Both the position numbers and the translations under genes were made by a program. DNA of 64,000 bases from an uncultured Chthonomonadaceae bacterium (GTDB lineage Bacteria; Armatimonadota; Chthonomonadetes; Chthonomonadales; Chthonomonadaceae). Under the pieces are notes generated by a model. It ran no database searches and had not been told where the DNA came from. It saw nothing but the letters and a program-made list of their open reading frames with translations. Location: positions 146,321 through 210,320 of the forward strand of contig CAWIEK010000041.1 of the NCBI GenBank assembly GCA_963835065.1. Reading direction: 5' to 3'. Below, one piece after another: positions 1 through 9,676 of this stretch. Numbering within the stretch: the first letter of the stretch is position 1; each line of letters opens with the position of its first letter.

Positions 1-938
1 ATCAGTACGCGCTGCCCTCCGTGCCCGGTTCTGTCGCTCTGCACTACCGCAAGGATATGTTCCGGGAAGCAGGCTTGAACCCGGATACGCCGCCGACCAC
101 GTTTGAGGAGATGGATGCGGCCTCGCAAAAGATCACCACGTACACCCCGGACAAGAAAATTGACAGGTCTGGCTTCATGCCCGCCGAACCCGGCTGGTGG
201 CCCTGGTGCTGGGGCTACTACTTCGGCGGCAGCCTGTGGGACGGCAAAGACAAAATCACCGCCAACAGCCCCGAAAACGTCCGCGCGTTCGAATGGATAC
301 AATCGTACTCCAAAAAGTTCGGCGGCACGAACCTGCAAAGTTTCCGCAGCGGCCTGGGCAACTTTTCCAGCCCGCAAAACGGCTTTCTAGACGGCAAAGT
401 GGCGATGGAATTGCAGGGCGTGTGGATGTACAACTTCATCAACAAGTACGCGCCCAAAGTGGAAGGCCCGCCCCGCGAATGGGGCGCGGCTCCGTTCCCG
501 CACCCCGCCAACCGTCCCGATCTCGCCGGGGGCACGATAGCCGATGAAGACATTCTCGTGATTCCGCGCGGCGCTCCGCACCCGGATGAGGCGTTTGAGT
601 TCATCAAGTTTGTCGAATCGCAAAAAGGCATGGAACTGCTGTGCCTGCTGCAAGGCAAGCAATCCTGCCTGCGCAATGTCAGCCCGGAATTCTACAAAAA
701 GCATCCCAATCCGTACATCAAGCTGTTCACCGACCTGCCGAAAGGGAAGAACGTCTTCACGCCGCCCAAAATCGGCATCTGGCCCGAATACAGCAGCGAA
801 ATCACCAATGCGTTCGACGAGATTTCGCTGGAAAAGAAGACGCCCAAAGAAGCGCTCGACGCGGTTCAAGCCCGTATGCAGCCCAAACTGGACGAATACC
901 TGGCGCAGTTGCGAAAACGGCAAAGCGTTGAGCATTAA
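1..938 (+). CDS. Sugar ABC transporter extracellular solute-binding protein (5' end outside window)
   Basis: SBP_bac_1-like motifs (LHYRKDMFREAGL, FLDGKVAMELQGVW, AFEFIKFV); lies upstream of two permeases. Confidence 0.9.
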   Translation, partial: QYALPSVPGSVALHYRKDMFREAGLNPDTPPTTFEEMDAASQKITTYTPDKKIDRSGFMPAEPGWWPWCWGYYFGGSLWDGKDKITANSPENVRAFEWIQSYSKKFGGTNLQSFRSGLGNFSSPQNGFLDGKVAMELQGVWMYNFINKYAPKVEGPPREWGAAPFPHPANRPDLAGGTIADEDILVIPRGAPHPDEAFEFIKFVESQKGMELLCLLQGKQSCLRNVSPEFYKKHPNPYIKLFTDLPKGKNVFTPPKIGIWPEYSSEITNAFDEISLEKKTPKEALDAVQARMQPKLDEYLAQLRKRQSVEH

Positions 939-941
939 AAC

Positions 942-1059
942 GTAGGGGCACAACATGTTGTGCCCGCCGTATTGTACCGGCGCTGTTCAAGGCGTTGATA
1001 CCAGCGCTGTACAAAGCATTTGCATCCGTAAGAGCGGGCACAACATGTTGTGCCCCTAC
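942..1059. repeat. Inverted pair of GTAG-type REP-like palindromes
   Basis: GTAGGGGCACAACATGTTGTGCCC at 942-965 and its reverse complement at 1036-1059. Confidence 0.75.
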
Positions 1060-1098
1060 CAACCTTGATTTAGCAAGCCATCGTTGAATTTTATGACT

Positions 1099-1136
1099 AA
1101 TCCAAAATCCAAAATCCAAAATCGAAAATCGAAAAT
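1099..1136 (+). repeat. Heptamer tandem array (AAAATCC/AAAATCG)n
   Basis: About 5 units running into the permease ATG. Confidence 0.85.
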
Positions 1137-2034
1137 GGGCCGCGCTGCGCGCAATGAGGCAATAACGGCGCTGCTGTTTGCCAGCCCCTGGTTCATCGGG
1201 TTCAGCGTGTTTATGCTGTATCCGCTGCTGGCGTCCATTTACTACAGCTTCTGCGATTACTCCGTACTGCGCCCGCCCGTGTATACCGGGTTCGCGAATT
1301 ACCAGAATTTGCTGCACGACGATGTGTTCAAAGATTCCTTCAGGAACACGGTCTGGTACGCCGTTTTCGCGCTGCCTATCAGCACGTTTGCCGCCCTCAG
1401 CCTCGCCCTGCTGCTCAATACCAAAGTGCGCGGCATGACGTTTTACCGCGCCCTGTTTTACATACCGTCGCTGGTTCCGGCTGTGGCAACGGGCGTACTG
1501 ATTACGTGGATTTTCAACGGGCAGCACGGCGTTTTGAACGAAGCGCTTCTGAACCCGATCTTGCGGCACTTCGGTAAGAAAGCGCCGCAATGGCTGGGCG
1601 ATCCGGCGTGGTCCAAAGCAACCCTGATTATCATGGCGGCGTGGGGCGCGGGCAACGCGATGGTGATTTATCTCGCGGGCTTGCAGGACGTGCCGCAGCC
1701 CTTGTACGAGGCGGCGGAACTGGACGGCGCGACGTGGTGGCAAAAAACGCGCAACGTCACTATTCCCATGCTGTCGCCCGTGATTTTGTTCAACGTTATC
1801 ATGGGGCTTATCGGAACCCTGCAAGTGTTCACCGTGCCGTATCTGGTATCGCCCGCCGGCTCGCCCGCCCGCTCCATCTACTTTTACACGATGTATCTGT
1901 TCGACAACGCCTTTGTGTATCACAAAATGGGCTACGCCAGCGCGATGGGCTGGATTATGTTCCTTGTCATTCTCGCGCTCACCATGCTGTCGCTGCAACT
2001 GTCCAAGCGCTTTGTGCATTACGGTTCGTCCTAA
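1135..2034 (+). CDS. Carbohydrate ABC transporter permease (MalF/UgpA-like)
   Basis: EAA loop LYEAAELDGA, multiple TM segments, GYASAMGW. Confidence 0.92.
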   Translation: MGRAARNEAITALLFASPWFIGFSVFMLYPLLASIYYSFCDYSVLRPPVYTGFANYQNLLHDDVFKDSFRNTVWYAVFALPISTFAALSLALLLNTKVRGMTFYRALFYIPSLVPAVATGVLITWIFNGQHGVLNEALLNPILRHFGKKAPQWLGDPAWSKATLIIMAAWGAGNAMVIYLAGLQDVPQPLYEAAELDGATWWQKTRNVTIPMLSPVILFNVIMGLIGTLQVFTVPYLVSPAGSPARSIYFYTMYLFDNAFVYHKMGYASAMGWIMFLVILALTMLSLQLSKRFVHYGSS

Positions 2035-2072
2035 TCTCGAGTAGTAGGAACATAAGGAATTTCAAAGCAAAG

Positions 2073-2918
2073 ATGCGTCAAAAAAACTCCTGGATGTTAC
2101 ATATCCTTCTCATTGCGCTGTCAGTGGTGTTCGCGTTTCCGCTGATCTGGCTGGTGCTGACTTCGCTGAAGCCGATTGACCAGACCATGCACATTCCCAT
2201 CATCTGGTGGCCGCGGGAATGGCAATGGGGCAATTATTGGAAAGCGTTCACGTTTAACCGCGAAAAATTGGGCTACATTCCGTTTCTCGTGTACGGGCGC
2301 AACACGCTGATGCTGGCGATACTGACCGTGAGCGGAACCGTGATTTCCAATTCCCTCGTCGCGTATGCGTTTGCGCGGCTGCGCTGGCCGGGGCGCGATT
2401 TCGTCTTCGGCCTGACGCTGGCAACGATGATGGTTCCGTTTCCCGTGCTGATGGTTCCCATTTTCAGCCTGTTCCAGAAGCTGCACTGGATCGGCACGTT
2501 CCGGCCCCTGTGGGTTCCCGCGTGGTTCGGCAGCGCGTTCAACATCTTTTTGCTGCGCCAGTTCTTCGCCACCATTCCCTTTGAACTCTCCGAAGCCGCC
2601 AAAATAGACGGCTGCTCGGAATGGGCCATTTTCCGGCAGGTGATTTTGCCGCTTGCCAAGCCCGCGCTGTCCGTTGTCGCCCTCTTCACGTTTATGGGAA
2701 CGTGGAACGACTTCCTCGGCCCGATTTTGTACCTGTCGCATCAAAACCTGTTCACGCTCGGCCTGGGCTTGCAGGCGTTCACCAGTCAAAACGGCGGCAC
2801 GGAATGGAACCTGCAAATGGCCGCCGCAACCATCATCGTCGCGCCCATCGTCGTGCTGTTCTTCTTCACGCAAAAACAGTTCATTCAGGGCATCGCGGTG
2901 ACGGGGCTGAAAGGCTGA
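2073..2918 (+). CDS. Carbohydrate ABC transporter permease (MalG-like)
   Basis: ELSEAAKIDGC, WNDFLGP, C-terminal QKQFIQGIAVTGLKG. Confidence 0.92.
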   Translation: MRQKNSWMLHILLIALSVVFAFPLIWLVLTSLKPIDQTMHIPIIWWPREWQWGNYWKAFTFNREKLGYIPFLVYGRNTLMLAILTVSGTVISNSLVAYAFARLRWPGRDFVFGLTLATMMVPFPVLMVPIFSLFQKLHWIGTFRPLWVPAWFGSAFNIFLLRQFFATIPFELSEAAKIDGCSEWAIFRQVILPLAKPALSVVALFTFMGTWNDFLGPILYLSHQNLFTLGLGLQAFTSQNGGTEWNLQMAAATIIVAPIVVLFFFTQKQFIQGIAVTGLKG

Positions 2919-2924
2919 GGAGGC

Positions 2925-2970
2925 AGGGTCTTAGGGTTCTAGGGTTTTAGGGTTTTAGGGTTTTGGGTTT
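2925..2970 (+). repeat. Octamer G-tract array (TTTTAGGG-like), potential G-quadruplex
   Basis: Six GGG tracts at mostly 8-nt period. Confidence 0.8.
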
Positions 2971-2991
2971 CTGTAGGTTGATGGTTGATAA

Positions 2992-3027
2992 AGAAGGCGC
3001 GGGAATCGCTTGATTCCCGCGCCTTCT
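2992..3027. terminator. Hairpin terminator between convergent genes
   Basis: AGAAGGCGCGGGAATC-GCTT-GATTCCCGCGCCTTCT perfect stem. Confidence 0.75.
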
Positions 3028-3058
3028 CTATCAACTATCAACCATCAACTATCAACTA
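3028..3058. repeat. Heptamer array (ATCAACT)n, with inverted partners at 2976-2990 and 3594-3616
   Basis: Direct reading. Confidence 0.85.
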
Positions 3059-3544
3059 CTTAATCTTCGACTTGTCGTAGTAGCTGAAATCTATGGAGGT
3101 GAAGGCGCGCAGATTGACGCGGTATTGTTGCGCGGGCGCGACCGGCACGATGTTTGTGGAAATAGGCTGCGCGGTCAGGACGAAATTGCCGGGTACGAGG
3201 GAGAGCTTGTAGCTGCCGTCACTGCCCGAAACAGCGGAACCGACAACCGTGCCGTCCGCCAGCGAAGCGACGATTTTTGCGCCGGCAATGGGGGTTTGCG
3301 TTGTAGAAGTCGTCGTGGTCGGCGTCATCAGCACCTTGCCCTGAAAACCGGAAGTGCCATCGCCTGCGGGGTCAATGGTGGAACCGCCCAAACCGTTGGA
3401 GCCATTGACAATGTTGATGCCGGTCGCGCCTGTGGTGGAACTGCCGCCGCCGCACCCGGCGAGAAGAAGCGCGAAGAGCGCGCTCAACAGCAGCACAACC
3501 GCACAACGCAAGGCGAACGGAGCATACAGCAGCCGTTTTCGCAT
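3056..3544 (-). CDS. Lipoprotein with carboxypeptidase-regulatory-like (transthyretin-fold) domain
   Basis: Lipobox LLAGC, PIAGAKIV...SDGSYKLSLVPGNF pattern. Confidence 0.75.
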   Translation of the reverse strand: MRKRLLYAPFALRCAVVLLLSALFALLLAGCGGGSSTTGATGINIVNGSNGLGGSTIDPAGDGTSGFQGKVLMTPTTTTSTTQTPIAGAKIVASLADGTVVGSAVSGSDGSYKLSLVPGNFVLTAQPISTNIVPVAPAQQYRVNLRAFTSIDFSYYDKSKIK

Positions 3545-3821
3545 AGAGATTCCCTTTCTTTGCGCGCAGATTTCTTTGACGCAATTGCTAAACAGTTGAT
3601 AGTTGATAGTTGATAGAAAGGCAGTATCTACGAACTTTCAGCACCCCACCGCTTAGAAAACGAGATTGGTAAAATGTCCGGGTTCCGGCGGCATCGCTCC
3701 ACGCCGGGTACGCGCTGAAAACGCAAACGGAACTCAGTTGAAGACGCAAACGGCAAACGCGCCGCGAAAAGCGCGCTTCAAAATCATGGGAGATAGTGTT
3801 GGTTTCTCTGGGGTTGCCGCC

Positions 3822-3850
3822 ATTATACTAGTTTCAGCCAAAGGACGCAA
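3822..3850 (-). promoter_or_regulatory. Sigma70-like promoter TTGCGT-17-TATAAT
   Basis: Consensus spacing, points toward the lipoprotein gene. Confidence 0.5.
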
Positions 3851-4241
3851 GCGTTTTCTTATCATTTCCCACATTTTTCTCAATTTTCCTGCAACACCTG
3901 CCCTGCACATACAGCTGTCGCCACTCGCGTTGACGCGCGGCCAGATACATCCAGCCGTCTTCCTTCTGCCAAATGCGAAATATCGTTTGGCTTTTACGTA
4001 GTTAATGGCAGAGCAGCCCGTTTGTTCGCTGCGTTATTGCGTGTTTTTGCGTAAAATCAGAGTATGTTAGCTCTGAACCACTTCTTTACCTTCTTACCGC
4101 CTGAGCGCTTGGAAGCCGCTGACCTTGATGACCAAAGTGACCCGTAACAACACAAGCAGGCGGGCTTTCAACAGGTATAGGCTGAACCCCTTCGCGCAAC
4201 GCGAAACGTTATGCAGCAAGAGAATTCGTAAACAAACAGCC

Positions 4242-5762
4242 ATGACCGATACAAGAACCAACACACCTAAACGGCTGCTGCGCACCATCGGCGTACAGAA
4301 ACACGATGGTTCGGAGCCGCCCGTCACGCCGATACAGGAACTCGCGCTCTCGCCAAACGAACCGGGCGCGGAAACTGTTGCCGCTGCGGATTCCGCTGCG
4401 GAATCAAACCGCGCCAATATAGAAACCGTTCCCAACCCAAATGATAATCCACAATCCACAATCGAAAATCCAATCACGGAGGCGCTGCAAACCGGCAGAT
4501 CGTACCTGCTGATTGACCGCTACGAAATGGCGTTGCCGTTCTTTCAATGGGTGGTCAGGAACGAGGCCGAGAATGGCGAAGCGTGGTTTCAGCTTGGATT
4601 GTGCCTGAACAATCTCAAGCAGTATGCGCCTGCCGTAGACGCGCTGATGCAGGCCACGCGGCTTCAGCCCGAAAACGCCCGCGCATACGAACAGTTGGGA
4701 GAGGTCTGCTGCAAGCTGAAGCGTTATGAGCAGGCAGTCCTTGCCTGCCGCCTGTGCCTGCGCTTGGACCCGGAAAACACCTCGGCCTGGAATGACATCG
4801 GCCTTGCCTACTCAAATACAGGGCAGTACGAAGAGGGCAAGGCCGCGCTGCAAAAAGCAGTGATCCTGCGCCCGGAGCGCGTCTTGTATCGCGTGAACCT
4901 GGCGATCACGCTGGCGCAGCATAAGGAGTTTGAACCGGCGTTCGCCGAATGTGACGAGGCTATACGCCTGGAACCGGATAATCCAATGGTTTACCAGGCG
5001 CTGGCGCATGTATGCAAGTTGGCTGACAGGAAACAGGAGGCTTTACAAGCTTGTAAGCAGGCGCTTCAGTTGGACCCACAGAATGTGGAAGCCTATATGC
5101 TTGTTGGCAGCGCCCATCGCGCGCTGAAACAGTACGAGGAAGCCATCGCCGCTTATAAGCAGGCAATACAGATTGCCCCGGAGTATGCTGTTGCCTATAC
5201 GGGCATAGGCGTCATTTACCTGGACCAACAAAAGTCTGAGCAAGCCCTGCCCTTTCTGCAAAAAGCGATTGCGCTTCAACCGGACTTTGCCGTTGCGTAT
5301 AATCATCTCGGTATGGTCTTCATAAATCTACAGCGTTGGGAAGACGCTATTGTTGCGCTGGAAACCGCTTTGTGCCACCAGTATCGCAACCCCACTGCGC
5401 ATTACCTGCTTGGTCAAGTCTATACTGAAGTCGGGCGTATGTGGGAGGCTGTGGAAACGACGGAACGCGCCATTGCGTTTGCGCCTGATGCCGCAGAGGC
5501 CGCTATCGGTTACGAAGCCCTGGCAAAACTTCATATCAAGCAGCGCAACTATCTGGAAGCCATCGCGTCGGCACAGCAGGCATTGATGCTCAACCCCTCG
5601 GAAGGCGGCGCGTACAATATTCTGGGAGTGGCCTACGATGCTCTGGGCCGTTATCAGGAAGCCTTTGACGCTTACATCGAAGCGGTACGCCTGATGCCGG
5701 GTGATGCAGTGGTCATGAATAATTTTATGACTGTGAGCCGCAAACTGGGGGAACAGGGGTAG
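4242..5762 (+). CDS. Tetratricopeptide repeat protein
   Basis: About 12 successive 34-aa TPR units; start uncertain. Confidence 0.9.
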   Translation: MTDTRTNTPKRLLRTIGVQKHDGSEPPVTPIQELALSPNEPGAETVAAADSAAESNRANIETVPNPNDNPQSTIENPITEALQTGRSYLLIDRYEMALPFFQWVVRNEAENGEAWFQLGLCLNNLKQYAPAVDALMQATRLQPENARAYEQLGEVCCKLKRYEQAVLACRLCLRLDPENTSAWNDIGLAYSNTGQYEEGKAALQKAVILRPERVLYRVNLAITLAQHKEFEPAFAECDEAIRLEPDNPMVYQALAHVCKLADRKQEALQACKQALQLDPQNVEAYMLVGSAHRALKQYEEAIAAYKQAIQIAPEYAVAYTGIGVIYLDQQKSEQALPFLQKAIALQPDFAVAYNHLGMVFINLQRWEDAIVALETALCHQYRNPTAHYLLGQVYTEVGRMWEAVETTERAIAFAPDAAEAAIGYEALAKLHIKQRNYLEAIASAQQALMLNPSEGGAYNILGVAYDALGRYQEAFDAYIEAVRLMPGDAVVMNNFMTVSRKLGEQG

Positions 5763-5818
5763 GTGTTGGGTGTTTGGGTATTCAGGTATTCAGGTATTCG
5801 GTATTCGGTGTTCGGTGT
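5762..5818 (+). repeat. 7-8 nt array (GGTATTC/GGTGTTC)n
   Basis: Direct reading; related arrays at about 15515-15545 and inverted at about 33710-33745. Confidence 0.8.
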
Positions 5819-5857
5819 AGTGTTCCCTATCTGCCCGCTACCGGGTACAATGAATGT

Positions 5858-6712
5858 ATGGAGCCAGAAATAACAAGTACGCCTGTTATGGACACGCCTA
5901 ATACGCCTGCGCGCGTTCGGCGTCCTTTGCGCCGACGCCGGGCGCTTTTTGCGCTATCGGTTTTTCTGCTGGTGGTGTTGAGCATCACGTGGGCGATTGG
6001 CGGATTGGGCGGCAATGTGCGGACGGTCACGCCGGGGCGGGTGTACCGCAGCGCGCAGATTACGGGGAGTGGCATCGGCGCGCTAACCGCCTGCTGGACG
6101 GGCAAGGGGCTGGAACAGGTCATCAAAGCGGACGGCATCAAGACTGTCATTAACCTGCGCGGCGGCAACGAGCAGAACGCCTGGTATCGCGAGGAACGGG
6201 AAATCTGCGCGCGAAACGGCGTAGACCATATTGACATCGGCATGAGCGCCATTCACGCCCCGCACCCCACCCAATTGAAGCGCCTGCTCAACGCTTTCGA
6301 CAACGCCCGTTATCCCATTCTGTACCACTGTCAGGGCGGCTCGGACCGCTCCGGGCTTGTCGGCACGATCTACCTCAACGTGTACCAGAACGTGCCGCTC
6401 GATGAAGCGGAACGCCAACAACTGACCCTGCGCTACGCCCATTTCAAGTTCACGCGCACACGGGCAATGGACGACTTTTTTGATCGGTATCGGCAGACAG
6501 GGCGGGGCATGACGCTGCGCCAGTGGATACAAACCACCTATCCCGATGTGTTCGCAAAACTGCCCGCCAACGAAATCTCCGGGCCACCCACGCCCGCAGA
6601 ACTGCTTACCGACCCGCATCCCATTTCTGCTTCACCATCTCATTCCAATTCGCCGGCGCGGGCTTCCACGCAGGGAGAGGGCGCGGCCCGCGCGGCGATC
6701 AACGGAGGCTGA
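5858..6712 (+). CDS. Membrane-anchored dual-specificity/tyrosine phosphatase-like protein
   Basis: CX5R motif HCQGGSDRSG, VYRSAQ, GIKTVINLRG, N-terminal TM. Confidence 0.85.
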   Translation: MEPEITSTPVMDTPNTPARVRRPLRRRRALFALSVFLLVVLSITWAIGGLGGNVRTVTPGRVYRSAQITGSGIGALTACWTGKGLEQVIKADGIKTVINLRGGNEQNAWYREEREICARNGVDHIDIGMSAIHAPHPTQLKRLLNAFDNARYPILYHCQGGSDRSGLVGTIYLNVYQNVPLDEAERQQLTLRYAHFKFTRTRAMDDFFDRYRQTGRGMTLRQWIQTTYPDVFAKLPANEISGPPTPAELLTDPHPISASPSHSNSPARASTQGEGAARAAINGG

Positions 6713-6716
6713 ATTC

Positions 6717-9388
6717 ATGCGTTCGCACACGAGTTTGAGCGGCAATCGGAAACCCAACAAGCCGTCGCGCCTGCTGATTGCTTCCCTCTCCACAGTGGCC
6801 GGGGTTGCCCTGATTGCCGGAAGTAAAACGGCCTGGAGCCACCGGCAAGGCGCGGACGTTGCGCCGGAACCGCTTTCCAACGGCAGGCGGATTGCGCCGC
6901 AGGGCCAGCAAACCGACGTGGGCAGTTTCCCCGTCAACATGGCGCTCAGTCCTGACGGCAAGTTTATCGCTGTGACCAACACGGGCTTTCGGCAGTTCCT
7001 CAGCATCCTCAGCGCCGACGACGGGCATCTCGTCTCGCAAATGCCCTTCAACCCCGCTCCCAACAACCGCGCCGACAAAACTTCCTTGTACTATGGACTG
7101 TCGTTCCAAGGCTCGACAACCGGGGAAGGCTACCATGTATTTGTCTCGCGCGGCCCGGAAGACCGCATCAGCGGCATCTACGTCACCTCGGAAGGCAAAT
7201 TCGGTGGCATCGTGGAAACCTTCGAGAACCCCTCTACCGTTCCCCCTGCGGCCAAAGACGCGCAGCCCAATTTTGTCGCCGGTGTCGCGGGTGGAATCGG
7301 CAGGCTGTATGCCGCCAACAATGAAAGCAGCGCGTATACGGACTTCAAAGGTTCCGTCAGCGTTTTTGAAAGCAACATTCACGTTCCAAACAAGCGCGTG
7401 GGACGCATCACGACGCCGGGCTTTCCGTATGCCATTGTCGCCGTTACCAAAGGGCGCGGATGCGGAGAAAAAGGTTTACGTGTCGAGTGAGCAGGACGGG
7501 TGCGTGGCCGCGCTGGACGTAGCCGATCCGGCAAACGGCAAGGATGTAAAGGACATTAAGACGGGCGATCATCCTACCGCGCTGCTTCTGGACAGGGAAC
7601 AAAAGCGCCTGTTTGTCGCCAATTCCGGCAGCGATACCGTCAGCCTCATTGATACCGCCAACAACGCGGTTACGCGAACGTGGAATGTGCGCGGCAAATC
7701 AAAATTGCCGGGCGCAACCCCGACCGGTCTCGCCCTCAGCCCGGATGAATCGCGCCTGTACGTCACCCTTGCCGACCAGAACGCCCTTGCCGTCATTGAC
7801 CTGAAAAGCGGCAAAAACGAGCCGATGGGAATGATCCCGACCGGCTGGTATCCCACGTCCGTTGTTGTCAGTGGGGACGGCAAGCGCCTGTTCGTTGCCA
7901 ACGCCAAGGGCGCGCGAACCCGCAACCCGAATGGCGATCCGGGGCGCAAAGCGGACAACGAGAAGTACATCGAAAACATCATCGAAGGCACGGTGTCCAT
8001 GATACCGACGCCTTCGGATGCGGAACTCGGACGATTGACGCAAATCGCCACGCGGCTCAATCTGGCTCCCGACAACCAGAAACTGCCCCATACCGGCATC
8101 AAGCACGTGATTTACATCATCAAGGAAAACCGCACGTATGATGAGATTTTGGGCGATCTGCCGCAGGGCAATGGCGACAAATCCCTGACGCTGTTCGGGC
8201 GCGACGTGACGCCCAACCAACACGCCCTTGCCGAACGCTTCGTGTTGCTGGACAATTTCTACTGCTCGGCGGAAGTGTCCGCGGATGGCTGGAACTGGAC
8301 GATTTCCGGCATGGGCAGCGAGTACAACGAACGCAACGTGCCCTTCAATTACAGTGGGCGCGGACGGGATTATGATTTTGAGGGGCAGATCAACGGAACG
8401 CCGGTTGACCTGCTGGACAAGCCCGACGTAAACCGCGCTCCCGGTGGCTATATATGGGACGCCGTTGCGCAAAAAGGGCTTGTCGTACCGCAACTACGGC
8501 TTTTATGTCGCCTTTGCCGACGCCAAAACGCTGGATGGCACGCTGATTACGAAAGAAAACACGCCCGTCAAGAAAGTCCTTGTCGGGCATACGGACACGG
8601 ATTTCCGGCAGTTTGATATGGCGTATGCCGACAGCGACGCGCCCGCGATGCACAACGCGATTGCGCCCCGGCAGAAAGCGGCGTATGGAACCCACAATGC
8701 CCCGTCCCGCTTCGCCGAATGGAAGCGCGAGTTCGATGACTACGTTCGGACGGACAGCCTGCCCCGCTTTTCAATGGTGCGCTTTCCCCGCGACCATACC
8801 AGCGGAACCCGTGTCGGCGTGTCCACGCCCCGCGCCATGATTGCCGACAACGATTACGCGGTGGGGCAGTTGGTGGAAGCTGTCAGCGAAAGCAAGTTCT
8901 GGAAAGAAACGGCGATTTTCGTCATAGAAGACGACGCGCAGGACGGCATTGACCATGTGGACGCGCACCGCTCCATTGCGTTTGTCATTTCGCCGTACAT
9001 TCAAAAGGGCATGGTAGACCATCACTTCTACAACTCGGACAGCGCGCTGCACACGATGGAACAACTGCTCGGCCTGCCGCCTATGTGCCAGTACGACGCG
9101 ATTGCGCCCGTGTTTGCCGCGTTCGGTTCCACGCCCGCCAATGATGCGCCTTATACCGCCATTCTGCCGTCCCGCGAAATCATAGCCGATGTGAACAATC
9201 GGCAGGCGTACCGCGCAAGTGACAGCGCCAAACTGGACTTCGCCCACGCTGACCGCGTTCCCGACCACACTATGCACGACCTGATCTGGCACTCGGTCAA
9301 GGGCATCAACACGCCCCTCCCGCCCCTCCGCCACGCCCTGCCCACGTCTGCCCGCACATCCGCAAGGCGCGATGAAGATGATGAATAA
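6717..9388 (+). CDS. YncE/YVTN beta-propeller + phosphoesterase (alkaline phosphatase superfamily) protein; frameshifts near 7455 and 8480
   Basis: YVTN-like repeats, IKHVIYIIKENRTYD, EDDAQDGIDHVDAHRS spread over three consecutive frames. Confidence 0.85.
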
Positions 9389-9443
9389 GGAATGAGGCGG
9401 CTTAAAGCCCCAAATCAAACATCAAGGATAAATTTGCGCTGCA

Positions 9444-9517
9444 AATGGAATAATCTGGAAGTGTGCATACTTCCAGATTATTCCATTAAATCTTTTTAGT
9501 TCCAGATAGTTCCAGAT
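9444..9517. promoter_or_regulatory. 44-bp near-perfect palindrome plus two further TTCCAGAT direct repeats
   Basis: AATGGAATAATCTGGAAGT-GTGCAT-ACTTCCAGATTATTCCATT, then AGTTCCAGAT x2. Confidence 0.55.
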
Positions 9518-9676
9518 TGTAGGCGACTCCAGTGACATTCCCCTGTCGGAACGGGTAGGCAATTGGGCACAGCCCTTTTATGACGAGCGCGAGGTGCTGA
9601 CGTTTTTGGAAACGCAGTTTGCAGACCCGCAGCGTATACGCCGAATGTTGCCGCGCCGCCCAAGAAGGAGAGCGTT

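Noticed and set aside
2925..2970. Eukaryotic telomere contamination
   Set aside because: Short, degenerate, embedded between bacterial genes, and similar in style to other short arrays.
3630..4240. Possible ncRNA, riboswitch or small gene in the long intergenic region
   Set aside because: No recognisable RNA motif and the ORFs are unconvincing.
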